Program-made: the position numbers and the translations under genes
Shown: piece by piece, positions 14,630 to 26,226 of the stretch
Position numbering within the stretch: the stretch's first letter is position 1
Layout of the letters: every line of letters starts with the position of its first letter
The notes under the pieces: model-generated
Told to the model about the DNA's origin: nothing
Seen by the model: only the letters and a program-made list of their open reading frames with translations
Databases searched by the model: none
Source: Bigelowiella natans CCMP2755
Taxonomy: Eukaryota > Protista > Cercozoa
Reading direction: 5' to 3'
NCBI GenBank assembly: GCA_000320545.1
Contig: ADNK01000036.1
Span: 86,678-150,677 of the forward strand
DNA length: 64,000 bases

Positions 14630-15571
14630 TCAGGAAGTCCCTCTAAGCTTGAGAAGATACTTTTTATTTCCGACTGCGACGACCACGCTGGAAAGCTTGG
14701 CTTCGATATTGCTTTCAAACAACGCTTTGTTGATCCCGGGAATAGACGAAAGAGGACCTTGCTTAAACCCTGTCGCCACAAGGGTGGAATCCTTCATCGC
14801 AATCAGCGGCACGTGATCCAGCCTGCCCGGTTGCGGTTGCAGGTCGAACTTGTCCAGAATCTGATGCGAATATAGTTGCAGTAAAAATAAAGAACATTAA
14901 TTGAGCCTCCCACACGGCAACCCGATAATAATGATAGTAGGCCTCCACACGAAACAACATAGGCCCACCGCTGCTCACACAAACACATTGCTACTTTTCT
15001 CACAAAAGATCGAGCAGTTTGGACGACCGTACCGAAGCAGCAGTTCCTTGAAGCTTTCTGATACTGGGCATTGCCTGATCCGAGACGCGAATCCCCGCGA
15101 ATGCCTTGTTGTCGTGCGTAAACCAAAGATTGGTGCCTTTGAGCGAGATCTTCTGTTGTTGGTGGCCGCGGAAGCTCCTACGCGCTACCTTTAGGAAGGT
15201 CTCCAGTTTTTGCTCAGTGAGGTTGAAGGCGTTAGCGAGAGGCACTCGCACGCGCTTCTCGGAAAACTTGTTCACGGGGTCGAACGGCATCAGCATGGCC
15301 TCCAGCTGCCCCGAGATAGCTCCAAGCGCATCCATTCTCGTCGGCTGCACGTCCGCGTAGATGGAGCACTGAAACAGCTTCTTGAACATCGGGCTCTTTG
15401 GGCTGTATTTCTCGATGGCAGCCCTGACGGCTTTGGTTATGGCGACGCGCTGCTCGGGGGGGGCGACATTGCGCCGCGTCTTTCGTCCCCTCTGGCTGAG
15501 CTTTCGGATGTTGGAGTGGGGGACACGGAGAATCTTTGCTTTGTCTTGCAGAGTCGTCACATCGTACCTTC
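14630..15571 (-). CDS. C-terminal exons (15571-15033, 14860-14630) encoding a USB1/Mpn1-like 2H phosphoesterase fold with degenerate catalytic motifs
   Basis: CSIYADVQP..RVPLANAFNL..NLWFTHDNKAFAGIRVS..ILDKFDLQPQPGRLDHVPLIA..SSVVVAVGNKKYLLKL aligns by eye with USB1 (recalled: HLSLSQSVVL..IYTNQEKTRTFIGLEV..VMEEFNL..FHLSLAW..VRCKSGNKFFSMPL). A phase-0 intron at 15032-14861 joins the two halves. Confidence 0.65.
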
Positions 15572-16360
15572 CTAAAGGCAGAGAGGCAAATATGTGGTAA
15601 GATGAGAGGAGGGCCACAGATGATGGTGCGGGCAAGAATACACAGCGATGACGTTGGAGGTAAACAAGAGTATGGCGACATTTATGGGACCGTCGTCTCT
15701 GGCAGTATCCACGCGACATGTTGCCCAGCCAATCTGGATGATGGTGACGAAGAAGAAGAAGGAGGAGGAGAAGAATAAAACCAAAGGTGATGCCAGTCGA
15801 ATAAGAGAGTACTATTTCCTAGGCTCTCTTACTCTCTCCCATGTTGGATCATCAATCAACAGTTCATGCTTGCACGCACCGATTTTCCCCTCCTTGTTAC
15901 CACCACCTCGCAATCGAAGACATCAGGGGGAGACACCTCAAGGACCTGCATCATTTAAGATTACAGACAGAAGTGAAATTCCAGCACAGGGAAAAGGAAA
16001 GGATATCGGCGACGGTGTGAAGCAATAGTGGGCATTTGCCAAAGCATTCTTCCACCTACAGCAGCTATTTTAACATCGCTACGAGTTTGGGCGCATACCA
16101 TCTTTCGGATATATAATGGGGGGACATCGTTGTACTCTTCTCCATCGATCGACACGACGTCAAACGATGCAGCATTGGGCTGGACCTACATGTTATAAGA
16201 ATGATAATAATGATAATAGTAATAATAATAATGATAATAATAATAATAATAATAATAATAATAGTAGAGTACCTCACGGACATGTGATCTCATATGCGCT
16301 TGCTGTTTTACCATTCTCTCCTGTTATGAGGATGCTAGACTCTTCTCGCACACGAGAGAC

Positions 16361-16399
<39 letters not shown>

Positions 16400-16597
16400 C
16401 TTCTTTTTCTTCGCTCTCTTACAGTCACTGATTCACTATTCCCTACGGTCATCACACTACTTTCTTAATTGAGCATGGTTTCCATCCCACGTGGCGTCCA
16501 TTCCTCACAACCATCACCTGCAGCACAAACAGCGGCATGGTTGCTTGTCGTCTTCTGCGTCATCACACTCTGGGGTGAATCGTTCATTGCGCTCACA

Positions 16598-16634
<37 letters not shown>

Positions 16635-16804
16635 CTGCTCTCACCGGACATGTCTATTGCGCCTATCTTCATTTTTCTCTCACAGAAGAACAGCACAAAT
16701 GCTAATACTGCCGGCGCTGGTGCTGCTACCTCCATGTTGTATCCACGCGGGGCATCGTGAATGTCCATCGCCTCAAGGATACTCAGATCACGTATCAGCC
16801 TATT

Positions 16805-16848
<44 letters not shown>

Positions 16849-17300
16849 TGTTTTTACTCATCAATAGTGTTTTTGTGCTTTGTATATGACGGTCGTTCTA
16901 ATCATCATCATCATCGTCTTCATCATACCTAAGCTCCGAATGTCCAGGGATATCGAGCCACACACCCTGAGGAGAGATGATCAGTGAGATGGTGGGGTAG
17001 GTTCTCACCACTACCATCACTTGCATCAAGGCTCAAAGGTTCCTTGTTCGTCCACAAGCATGCCATGTAGGGAGGAATGCGCCCTCCCCCCCCCCCCTCT
17101 CTTTCTCATACGATAATAACATATACAGTACAGGTTCTGTGTGCGCAACAGCCCTGCTGCTGCTGCTGCTGCTGCTACTACTACTACTACTACTTCCTAG
17201 TGCTAACGATGTTCCCATCACCTTCCTCGATGGCTCGATCTCGTCTACGATGCCCACATCCCCTGCTTCGATATCTGACACGCCTGAGAGAGACAGCGAC

Positions 17301-17331
<31 letters not shown>

Positions 17332-17431
17332 CATACAGTGTGACTACGATGATGAATACAGTGATGGATGGCAGCGATAGCATTATGCTCGATACATCAT
17401 CACCATCATACAATAGCTCTTCTTCTGCTAT

Positions 17432-17471
<40 letters not shown>

Positions 17472-18005
17472 CTGTACCTGCCTCGGAGAACCGTTGCGCA
17501 AAGCGGACGCTTTGGCCAAGCTGCAGTTGCCTCTCCTTTTTTTTTTAATTCCCCCGCACGCCATTGAAACACCAATACGAACGCCACACACAGACAGACG
17601 GACAGTAGAGGAGAAGGATTGGCGCGTATACATTCACGCGTCCATATTGACCGAAACACACCTCGGAGTCTGACAAGAGCGCTCTCTTTCTATCTCGCTT
17701 TTTTATGTGTGTGTGTGTGTGTGTGTGTGTGTTCTTTTATGTGAAGTATGATCGCGTAAGTACATAAAAGATTCCTAAGAAAAGAGGGATACACAAAGCA
17801 GCCAAAAGACCGAATTGGTAATGATACTGTATTTCTACCAGCAGCACCTTCTTTGATCGAGCCAGATACGGCGAAGAAGCAGAGGAGAAGAGGCGCGTCG
17901 AGGAAAGAAAGTCCCTTCGATAGCTTTTCCCTTTATCATCATTGTCATTATCATGGTCCTCCTCGTCGCCGCTCATACCCTCTTCTTCCTCAACCAAGAT
18001 TTCTT

Positions 18006-18044
<39 letters not shown>

Positions 18045-18399
18045 TAATATACCAATTAGTGCCTCGAGAGCGATGGTTTACAAGTGCATGCTGGGCACCG
18101 AGAAAGGCCAATCACAAGAACACCAACAAAAAACATATCATTACATGCCAACGTTCGATCCCAGCGGTCAACTCTGCATTCCAAGCCTCCATCAATCCAT
18201 GCAGCCTGCTCGGATGAATGATGGGTAGATCACGACGAGAAAATGAGGAAGAATCGACGATATATCGTAGCAGGAACAAGAGTAGCCCAGAATGCATGGA
18301 GGACGGCTCTATCACATCTCTCCCGTGCTCACGTCACCTCTCGTGTTCTAATGCATTTTCATGCTTTCTCGTATCGAGGGCGCGCGCGCGCGTGTACAT

Positions 18400-18461
<62 letters not shown>

Positions 18462-18719
18462 TTATAAATGAATATTAAATGCCACGTGACCTCGTTTCTC
18501 TGGCTCTCTGCTCGTCATTGAAATCCTCCGAGGAATCGTGCAACTCCCGCATGGTTTCCTTCACAGTGATCATGTTAATATTAGTGTATCCCTCTGTATA
18601 TCAATATTGCACATACACCTGCGCGTGTGTACGATATGTATTATATGTTCCTGTTCTTCTTATTTTATTTTGAGATTTGGAGCAACTACGGGGCATGCAT
18701 GCAAGATAAATATATAATC

Positions 18720-18752
<33 letters not shown>

Positions 18753-19339
18753 AAGATATACCGGGAGGGTTTTTCTCTCGAATTGAATGGTGAAGTTGAC
18801 ACCAGTGGAGATGGCTGCATCCAACACACGCTCAACCCTATTGTTGGTTATGATAAATGATTGCTTACTTCTCATGCCCCTCTCTAACCCTCTCTACTCC
18901 TCCCTCCTCCTTTTCCTATCTTGTATTTGAGGAATTGGCTAGGATATCCATAATAATACTCCGCACACCATCACAATCTATGACCAAAAATATGCACGCC
19001 TCACGAAAACGCTGCACTACAAGTCTCCTCGTCTCCCCCCCCCCCCCCCCCCCTCTTTGCGATGTCTTCGACTTACTTTTCCGTCTGTGCTGGGACTCTG
19101 TGCTCGGAAATGTAGCGAAGTTGCCATCCAGGCTGATTAAGTATTGGTTTGTCGCTGTGAGAGTGATGGGGTGGTGATGACTGTCAAGGCTGCTCTTTGG
19201 GAGTGGCCTCTGCTGCTTCTACCGCGCGGGCAAACGTAATTAGAGCGAGTGTGAGCTGTATTTATAATATCCAAGACCTCCCCCAATATATTCCGCACAG
19301 CCTGCATCTAGAAGGTGCTCTCACGGACGGCTGCTGTTC

Positions 19340-19375
<36 letters not shown>

Positions 19376-19519
19376 TCACCTTGATTTTGTAGTGGCTGGC
19401 CTGAGAGTTTCTCTTGACGCCCACCACGATGTTCTTGCTCACCTTGATTCCCACAGGCTCCGGACGGAACTCGAGCTGAAATGGTTGTCGCGGTACATCA
19501 ACGATACACTTTCAGATTA

Positions 19520-19587
<68 letters not shown>

Positions 19588-21276
19588 CGCGCGCGCGCAC
19601 ATATCATGAGTAGGCACTCAAAATGTAAGTTTTTAAATTCACGATACGTGGGTGCTGTTGCTCATGACTGGCTGTATACTACCTCAACACTCCGGAAAGA
19701 ATAACGCTTCTTCTTACGTTCTCGCTTTCTCTTCTCACTCGTTGCGTCCCGAGCGACCTTGGTATCATTTATTTATTGCAAAAAGGCGCTTATTCACAAC
19801 AGAATCAGTATCTAGCACGATAACATCCAAATATCTGCATAAACATTAAGTTATTGCGTATGTTTTTGCGAGCGTGCTGTTATCATCTAGATCTCGTGAT
19901 GCCAGTCGTAGTGGTAGTCTCGCATTCGAAACAACAATAAGGATTTGTTCGTTCCTTGAATACATTATTATACTTAGTGATTATTACTTGATAATCGAAT
20001 GGATCGAAGTTCTCCATGTTATCAAACTGCGCCTGAAGCCGAAAAAGCACACACGTACGATGGGCGATACGTGAGAGGTCGTTGTCTACATCATCATCTC
20101 CTTCCACCATCACTATGACCACCATAAACATCATCATGAGCAACGTCACCACCGCCATTGACATCGTCGTAATCACTACTTTCCACTCGGCATCGAGAAG
20201 CGCTTGCTCGATCTCTAGCGCTTTACCGTGTTTCGATTTCCCACCGTTCTGTTGAAGAGTGAGAATCAGTAATTGAGACGAGCCTTCAGCGAATTTAACA
20301 CAAATCCCATATACACTTCATACAAAATAGTTGTACATGCAGATGACTTGTATGTTTTCTATGTACTACTCTAGATTCGACAGCGCAATATCACCCTCAT
20401 CGCTGCTCCCGTTATTAAAACAACAAACAACAACTATCACTACAACTACTATTACTACTCTACAACCACCATTTGTTCTCCTCTTCTTCTAACAAAGCGT
20501 GCGCTAATATTTTTGGCCAGAAAGCCTCCCTCAGCCATGATGTCCAGCGTCGATACTGCATTATTCTCTTTGACAACGTTGCACGGTGCCCAGCCAGTAA
20601 CCCGCGTTTGGTTAATAATGGCAACGTCATGCGTCCAAACAGATGTATCCTCCTTCTCCTCAAATTCATGTGGTTCTGAGTTATTACCCTTCCCCCGATT
20701 CCCAGCAAACCCCTGATAGTTTTCATCGCGGTGCAAGAGTGTTTGAATACCCAGTGGGATATCACTCCCCGCATCCTTCATGAACAACCCGGAGAACTGG
20801 TGCCCAGCTACCTTTTCTCTCGTATTCTACATTTTTAAGAAAAATAATGTGTCAGGCGTTGGCCCACCTGTCTTGGGGCATTCGCACGTACATCATGGAA
20901 AGGTTGATCTAAAAGCACACGGCAGAGGAACCTGCTTGTTATTGTTGTTGTTGTCAGAATCGCTGGGTGACCATCCCACAACGCCATCGTACGGGTTTCC
21001 GCCTCTAAGCCGAGTACAGAGTATCCGTGAGGGATTAGCAGCTCCCCTTGATGGAGTCTTCTCTCCCTCCTTGTGACGACATGATACTTCACTTTTTAGC
21101 GGCCACTGAGATGTCGATAATGACCACGGCAACACTCCTTGAGATTGGATGGCAGTTCCTGTGCCAAGAAGCACCCACACAACAAGGAGGAGAAAGCGTC
21201 TTACTGCTACAACCACTCCCCCCCTGCTCCCAGCTTCCCTCATGAGGAGCGAACCGCGGAGCAATTCTTTCGACAT
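15572..21276 (-). CDS. Upstream micro-exon portion of a multi-domain gene (signal peptide + LRGG leader; PDZ-like and Tudor/SH3-like segments); probably continuous with the USB1-like exons
   Basis: Many 20-90 nt AG|exon|GT units lie between microsatellite-rich introns: LEFRPEPVGIK, ASHYKIK, PGWQLRYISEHRVPAQTEK, VERVLDAAISTGVNFTIQFERKTLP, ETMRELHDSSEDF and FDVVSIDGEEYNDVPPLYIRKM. The first exon is MSKELL..FLLLVVWVLLGTGTA..RLRGG. Several adjacent junctions are in frame; the full chain was not verified. Confidence 0.55.
16200..19600. repeat. Dense cluster of intronic microsatellites: (AAT)n, (TA)n, (CTA)n, (GAT)n, (CTG)n, (CT)n, (TG)n, (CA)n, poly-C
   Basis: Directly visible at e.g. 16200-16262, 16362-16393, 16599-16630, 17300-17330, 17435-17467, 17706-17731, 18008-18040 and 19522-19600. 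Confidence 0.95.
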
Positions 21277-21599
21277 CGTTCTTATCTTGCAGGTAGACAA
21301 GAGCGGAAATGAAGACTGAGCTGTGCGCGTTCAAGACCTGAGAGAGGAGCTACGATGTGCATGTCGGCGGACAGCTTATTTCCCAATAGGCCGTCCATGG
21401 CTGCATTTGTGTGCACCAGCACCATCCCACTCTTTAACTTCTGGGCACAGAAATTCACCACACCTCAACTTTCTAAGACCTACGATCGAATACGAACTTT
21501 GAGACGATTGTAAACACAACATCTATTTTGTACCTGCGACATCCCAAAATTCGATATTTCTTAATTTTTGGAACACAACGAGCATTTTCGGTGCTAACC

Positions 21600-22616
21600 G
21601 TTCAAGAACTTCTCGAGATTCTTCAATTGCTTCACGCGATGTCCGCTTGGTTCGTGCTCAGATGAGCAGAATGCAATCCCTCCGACGTCCAATGGAGGTT
21701 CGCTCATGGGAGCCGATCACCAAAGCGCACGCGTGGAGCTCTGGGGAGGTTGGCAAACAAGCCCATCTCTGCTGCTCTCATTGCCTTCTGGCCTTGGTGA
21801 ACGGCACGACTGCGACGTGGTGTCTCCCTCAGACTCCAAGCTCGTTGTGGTGCTTTGTGGTGGCGTCACACAACTGCCAGACTTCACGCTTTGGAGCCGC
21901 ATGAAGGCTGGTGCTCCTTGTGCATTTCCCATGAAGACATGACTCTGCAACACTTCTTGTTCTCTTGCCAAGGAAATCACACATTGGTGGCCGCCGTTTG
22001 TGGAACCGGGTTCTTCACCTTGTGTCTTGTCACCAAGCCACGTCTTCTGACAACATTGTCACTTTGGGAGCCTTCACTGCCATGTCTTCAAATGAAAAGC
22101 TATGCCTTGCTCTGGGGGCAAGGTCTGGTGTGCCTTCGACAGACAAAGAAATTGACAGGGTCTAGAGGGTGTTCCGTCAAACCATCGTCCAGCTCGATGA
22201 CTTTGCTGCTGTGCGCCCACCATCCAATTCTCCTTCGTCTCAACGTCCCTGGTTTCAACGGTTGCAGACTCGATCGAGATCTGGAGATGATCAGTGTCAG
22301 CTGGAGCTTGGACACACTCTGGCTGCACCCCCAATCAACAGGCAGTTCACGAACATTCACCAAGCCCCAATTCATTGTCCTTGGCTTCCTTGGTCTCAGG
22401 ACACCAACTACATAGTTGTGTCTCTCAATGCCAACAGCTAGACAGGCTACAAGCAGGGTGCTGACAAGTCCTCGCAATGATTTTTGTTGAGGCGCTGCTG
22501 TCTGCGTGTTTGTGCACGTCTCCCATGTGGTTCTTGCTCACGCAGTTTGCATCAATCAATGCTTCTTTCAACGTTCAATGTTCAATGAACAATGAACAAT
22601 GAACAATGATGAAAAA
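21600..22616 (+). mobile_element. Decayed 3' end of a non-LTR (LINE) retrotransposon: ORF2 C-terminal CCHC zinc knuckle, frameshifted, with a mutated simple-repeat tail
   Basis: Across frameshifts it reads KLVVVLCGGVTQL / ARLHALEPHEGWCSLCISHEDMTLQHFLFSCQG (Cx2Cx9Hx4C at 21912-21968) / RRLWNRVLHL..FTAMSSNEKLCLALG, the usual layout of a LINE ORF2 C-terminus. An (AATGAAC)n-ATGAAAAA tail lies at ~22584-22616. Confidence 0.65.
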
Positions 22617-22852
22617 CCACATCCACATGGCATCTCCAAAGTTCAATGTCCAAACGTTTTGCAATGGTCCATCAGCAAGTCCACAGTTCACTTCACACAA
22701 ACGTCTTGTGACGTTTTGGAAGTCCAGTCCATCATCAAGTTGCTTTCATGTTTTCTTTCTTTCATTGTCCTGCATGCACACGCTCATTGTCTCCCATGTG
22801 GTTCATGCGAACGTAGATTTTGCATCAATGCTGTGTTCAACGTTCAATGTTC
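22518..22852. repeat. Imperfect ~65-bp direct repeat (22518-22583 and 22789-22852)
   Basis: GTCTCCCATGTGGTTC...TTTGCATCAAT...TTCAACGTTCAATGTTC occurs twice, ~270 bp apart. Confidence 0.8.
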
Positions 22853-23247
22853 CGAGCTGTGGCCCGAACGTCTGGACAAACCATGTCAATTTTTGGTTCT
22901 CGTTGAAGTTTCAGCTCCAGGCGCTGCGTGGCACAGCAGACAAAATCCATGACATTGACAAATGCAAGCCAATGGCGGCGTGATCGACGACTCTAGAAGC
23001 AGGAAGATCTAGAGATGTGCAGGTCTAGCAGCCACGATGAACAATCAACACATCTACACACCACGCAGCAGCGCGCGTGCGACCACAAAGATTGAGAATG
23101 CTTGTAGTTGATGAGGGTTTGCAATTGAACCACATTCTAGACCTAGATGTGGCATGTTCGGCGCAGTTATGCAAACTTCGTCATTTCCAGTTCCACATTT
23201 TCGCTTGTTAATTGCACGCAAAAACATTCAAAGGTTCATTTACAACC

Positions 23248-23985
23248 TCATTCATTGTGACAACAAAACTTTAGGAAATTCTCGTCCTCATCATCATTTC
23301 CGTGCACATCATCCCCTTTCTCTTCAACACTCTCTTTGCCACCAACAAGCTCATTTTTCCTGGGTGGATCTGAAAACTTAGCATTTGCCCAAGCAGTAGC
23401 ACACAAAACTGCGAATTCCTGTGTTTTGTATACCCCGCATTGGGATGCCATCTTTGCAATGACTTTAAGGCTAGAAAATATGTCTTCCCCGACTTTCTGT
23501 CCGTGATAATGGTATATCTGAAAAAGAAACACCTTAACCATTTGGATGCGATGTTGCATTTTTTGTGAACAATTGTTTTCTCGTTTAATGTAGTAATATT
23601 ACCCATCTAGCTATGAAAGATATTTCACGTTGGAGTGCTTGTTTCCGGTCTTCTCTGTTATTAAGTTGTTGTAGGAATGTTCCGAACTAGCAAATAAAAT
23701 GTAGGGATCAAATCATTTTATGCATCGCGAAGAAGAATCATAACATATGTTTCAGTATTATTACCTCTTTCTGTGATTTAGCCTTTTGAATAAAAGGATG
23801 GCCAAGGAGCTGCTGTGTAGACCATCGTTTCTCTGGATCCTTGTGCAGACACTTGGAAATGAAATCGCAACAGTCGGCCGAGAATACGTTATCATCCAAG
23901 CTTGGCGATGTTTTATTTTCCAGAGCGTTACTCTGAGGGGGAGACAAGATACAAGTAAATATATATATATATTAATATATATATA

Positions 23986-24036
<51 letters not shown>

Positions 24037-25480
24037 ACTGAATTGCCTTTCATGTACATCATGTACGATCGCAATGATCTATTTCTTGATGAATACACAC
24101 GACGCCATACATGACTGCATTTGTTTTGCTCACGGTGCATGTTCTTCTAGTACCAGATCCCAGTAGCTCTCAGGAAGGGGAAACTTTCCGGTTCCGACGA
24201 AGATTAGAGAGAGGCCAAGCGACCAAATATCACCTTTGTAGTCGTAATTTCGGCCGTCGAAACGCTCTGGACTGAGATATTTCATTGTTCCTTTCTTCTC
24301 CACAGCGAAGCCCTTTTTCCCGATGTACTTCGCCAATCCAAGATCTGCGACCTTCACGGATCCCGCAGCTATGGTTAAGGTCAGTACAGATATATTCATG
24401 AGTGGAACGCGCATGGCCGTGCAGCTACCATAACGTAAGATTGCATCTAAACAAATTGCATCTCAACAAAGCTAACAACCAAGATGATGGACTCATATTC
24501 ATGCCCGTTGTGACAAATTACAGGTATAAAGGAAGTTTTCGGGCTTGATATCCCTATGGACATGCTTTGCAGTATGGATGCGTTGGAGGCCTTTAAGTGC
24601 CTGAGACCATGTTTTATAAATGTAAGGAAGAGAGAGAGAGAGAGAGAAAGAGAATTCCACTCGACAAATCATAATGGAAATTAACCAAACCTGCATTGCT
24701 ATCGTTGCTAAATACTCCTCGTCCAACTTCATCCGTTGTTCGTTTAAAGTATCAACTAGTCCTTCCAAAGAACCTAAGTCCATGTACTCTAGCACGATCA
24801 CTATTCGTTCCGAGCCTTCTAAATATGCTCCCTCGAATTCCACGACACCCTCACCTTGGACCTTTTTATGGAAATAGGAAGTTGCACACCATATGTGCCA
24901 ACTATATTTCGTCACTGCCGATAGATAGAAAGATAGATAGATAGATAGATAGAGGGGGAGGGAGGGAGGTTTCGCCCGACGTTCTTCATCATCGATCTAC
25001 ATTCTCCGTTCACCTGTTGAAATGCAATGAGTTCTTTGTCCACCTGGTGGCGGAGCTCGGATTTGTCGACTTTAATCTCCTTTTGTGCCACAAATCGCGC
25101 CGTCGGTATGTGAAATGCCTTGAGCACACGCCCTGAAGGGTACAAAGATGAAGAATGATCCAAAGCTTTTTACTTGTCTATGAGGCTGCTCACCTGAGGC
25201 ACCAGACCCAAGCTTACTGACGTTTACAAGATCATTCCTGAAACAATAAATGTACAGTGACTCTTAAAATCGTAGCCACAACTTCCGTATCAGGCAGTCG
25301 TCTCAGGCAATACTATTTCCCACTTTCTGTAATGCCGCAGTTGCTTCTCAGCAACTTTTCCAGTTACTGTCCAAACATTGCCCTCACTGTCGACTATGCA
25401 TCGTTCCGTCATTAGAGTCCTTTTTTTGCCTTCAGTATAAAACCTGATATAGTCGTTCGAAAATGTAAGATGTTTCAATG
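23248..25480 (-). CDS. MAP2K (MEK/STE7)-like kinase domain exons; probably the C-terminal half of the gene at 26227-30025
   Basis: Spliced: LGSGASGRV..VAQKEI..KEL..VEFEGAYL..IVLEYMDLGSL..HRDIKPENFL..KVADLGLA..GTMKYLSPERF..DIWSLGLSL..TGKFP..FSADCCDFISKCLHKDPEKRWSTQQLLGHPF. The SPER motif and the C-terminus are typical of STE7. The 3' end is approximate. Confidence 0.85.
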
Positions 25481-26226
25481 AAAATAGGTGTACTTGATCA
25501 CTGAGGGAAAATCCTGAAAGCTGGACGGGAACAAGAACTATTAGATTGTATGATTACTGGTGTGTCTGCTCGGGATCTTTAAATAGCCTCCTGGACATAG
25601 TTCTTCTTGCCACTTTCGGTCGCCTTTTCCGATCATTCGCCAGAGGGAGTCTGAAAATACAAAGTCCCTTTCACAATCAGTATGTTCCGGTAAGAAACGC
25701 TGTCACGTAAACAAATGCCTACAACAACTACAACTACCCTTCCGAGGTTCCAGAAGTTGGTCGAGTAGCAGAAGCCGCCACCAAGTCGCTGCCAACATTG
25801 AGAGGAGGTCCCCCAGGAATGACAGCACCCGCCGTGCGTTTGCCACTGCCGCTGCAACTGTCGATGTCCTCTTTTTTTTCGGTGACTCCTGGAATTGATA
25901 TTCCTGGAGTATGTACCGCATTTGCTTGTCCACCACTACTCTCTGTTCCCTTTGCGTCGTACTTCGTGTCTTCCTTGCTGTTAGGAACTCGAAAGTTATC
26001 CCGAGTGAGCTGGAACATAGGCAATGCAGCTGCTGTGACACATCATCACAGACATGTCAAAGCTTGCTGTTGGAAGCTGCAAAAAGAGATTTATACCTGC
26101 AGGCTTGTTGTTCTTCTCCATTTTTATGTGTGGGGATTCGTAGTTATCCTGGGTGAGCTGAAACATTAGAAGTCCTACCCAAAAAAACATGGATTCGCAT
26201 TAAAATTAAATGAATTAAGAGAGGGC

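Noticed and set aside
16065-19613. ORFs with poly-I, poly-Y, YIYI, THTH or ERER runs
   Set aside because: These are translations of intronic microsatellites.
20909-20931. Possible 23-nt GT-AG mini-intron
   Set aside because: An upstream phase-0 donor (GTT|GTGGGA) gives a normal-sized intron containing the (AAC)n tract and keeps the frame.
21647-22983. Many overlapping 60-190 aa ORFs on both strands, rich in C/H/M/V
   Set aside because: Loss of TA removes TAA/TAG stops and Tyr codons, so all frames look open. Only the + strand LINE CCHC remnant has a recognisable motif.
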